Assembly (NCBI GenBank): GCA_963833985.1
Contig: CAWIAD010000002.1
Location: 6,464,001 to 6,528,000, forward strand
Source of the DNA: an uncultured Planctomycetaceae bacterium
GTDB lineage: Bacteria; Planctomycetota; Planctomycetia; Isosphaerales; Isosphaeraceae
Reading direction: 5' to 3'
DNA length: 64,000 bases
Shown here: positions 63,767-64,000 of the stretch, piece by piece
How the letters are laid out: every line of letters starts with the position of its first letter
Position numbering within the stretch: position 1 is the stretch's first letter
Notes under the pieces: model-generated
What the model saw: the letters and a program-made list of their open reading frames with translations, nothing else
The model's database searches: none
Told to the model about the DNA's origin: nothing
Made by a program: the position numbers and the translations under genes

Positions 63767-64000
63767 GGTAGCATGTCAAGTCAAGTTTCCCAAATTGTCC
63801 GTCACCGGAAGTCCAAGGAGGGACCTGCTATGCCTTTCCGTAAGTCACCATCGATGGATCGCACCGGGGTCGAGCAGATGGCCAAAGGGTGGGGGAAAAT
63901 TGTGGCGCGACGGGTCCACGAAGAAGTTGGGCCTGACCTGGACCTCGATGCCGACGACATGGAACAAATGGCCATGACCGCGGCCTGTGCCGTGGCCCAG
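63767..64000 (+). mobile_element. Probable left end of an ISKra4-like element; partial ORF from ATG 63830
   Basis: AAGGAGG RBS; translation MPFRKSPSMDRTGVEQMAKGWGKIVARRVHEEVGPDLDLDADDMEQMA...; from recall this resembles the N-terminus of planctomycete ISKra4-type transposase ORFs; candidate end GGTAGCATGTCAAG. Confidence 0.5.

Overview
High-GC bacterial chromosome segment, most likely a planctomycete (Isosphaeraceae-like), based on DUF1559, DUF4058, an LEPR-XLL-type N-terminus and an rpsF-ssb-rplI cluster without rpsR. Core genes: groES-groEL, ribF, rplY-pth-rpsF-ssb-rplI and yajQ. Accessory genes: a hicBA toxin-antitoxin pair, two tandem Tat-signal aldo/keto reductases, a Ser/Thr kinase-TPR gene divergent from an HD-GYP gene, a ~2,780-codon TPR/alpha-2-macroglobulin-like gene, a MoxR ATPase with a probable partner, and a TetR-RND efflux operon. 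Mobile DNA: a complete IS701-family element (12-bp IRs, ATAG duplication) and a probable ISKra4-like element starting at the right edge. About 12 genes or gene segments carry single-base frameshifts that look like long-read consensus errors. The best novelty candidates are (1) a lower-GC, translationally coupled pair (unknown protein plus a HEPN RxxxxH protein) held between two 832-bp direct repeats that each encode a DUF4058 nuclease-fold protein, (2) a degenerate Uma2 nuclease fused to a histone-H1-like basic tail, and (3) back-to-back sigma54 promoters flanking palindromic enhancer-like sites between groESL and an unknown secreted protein. All family calls come from motif recognition by eye; no searches were run.
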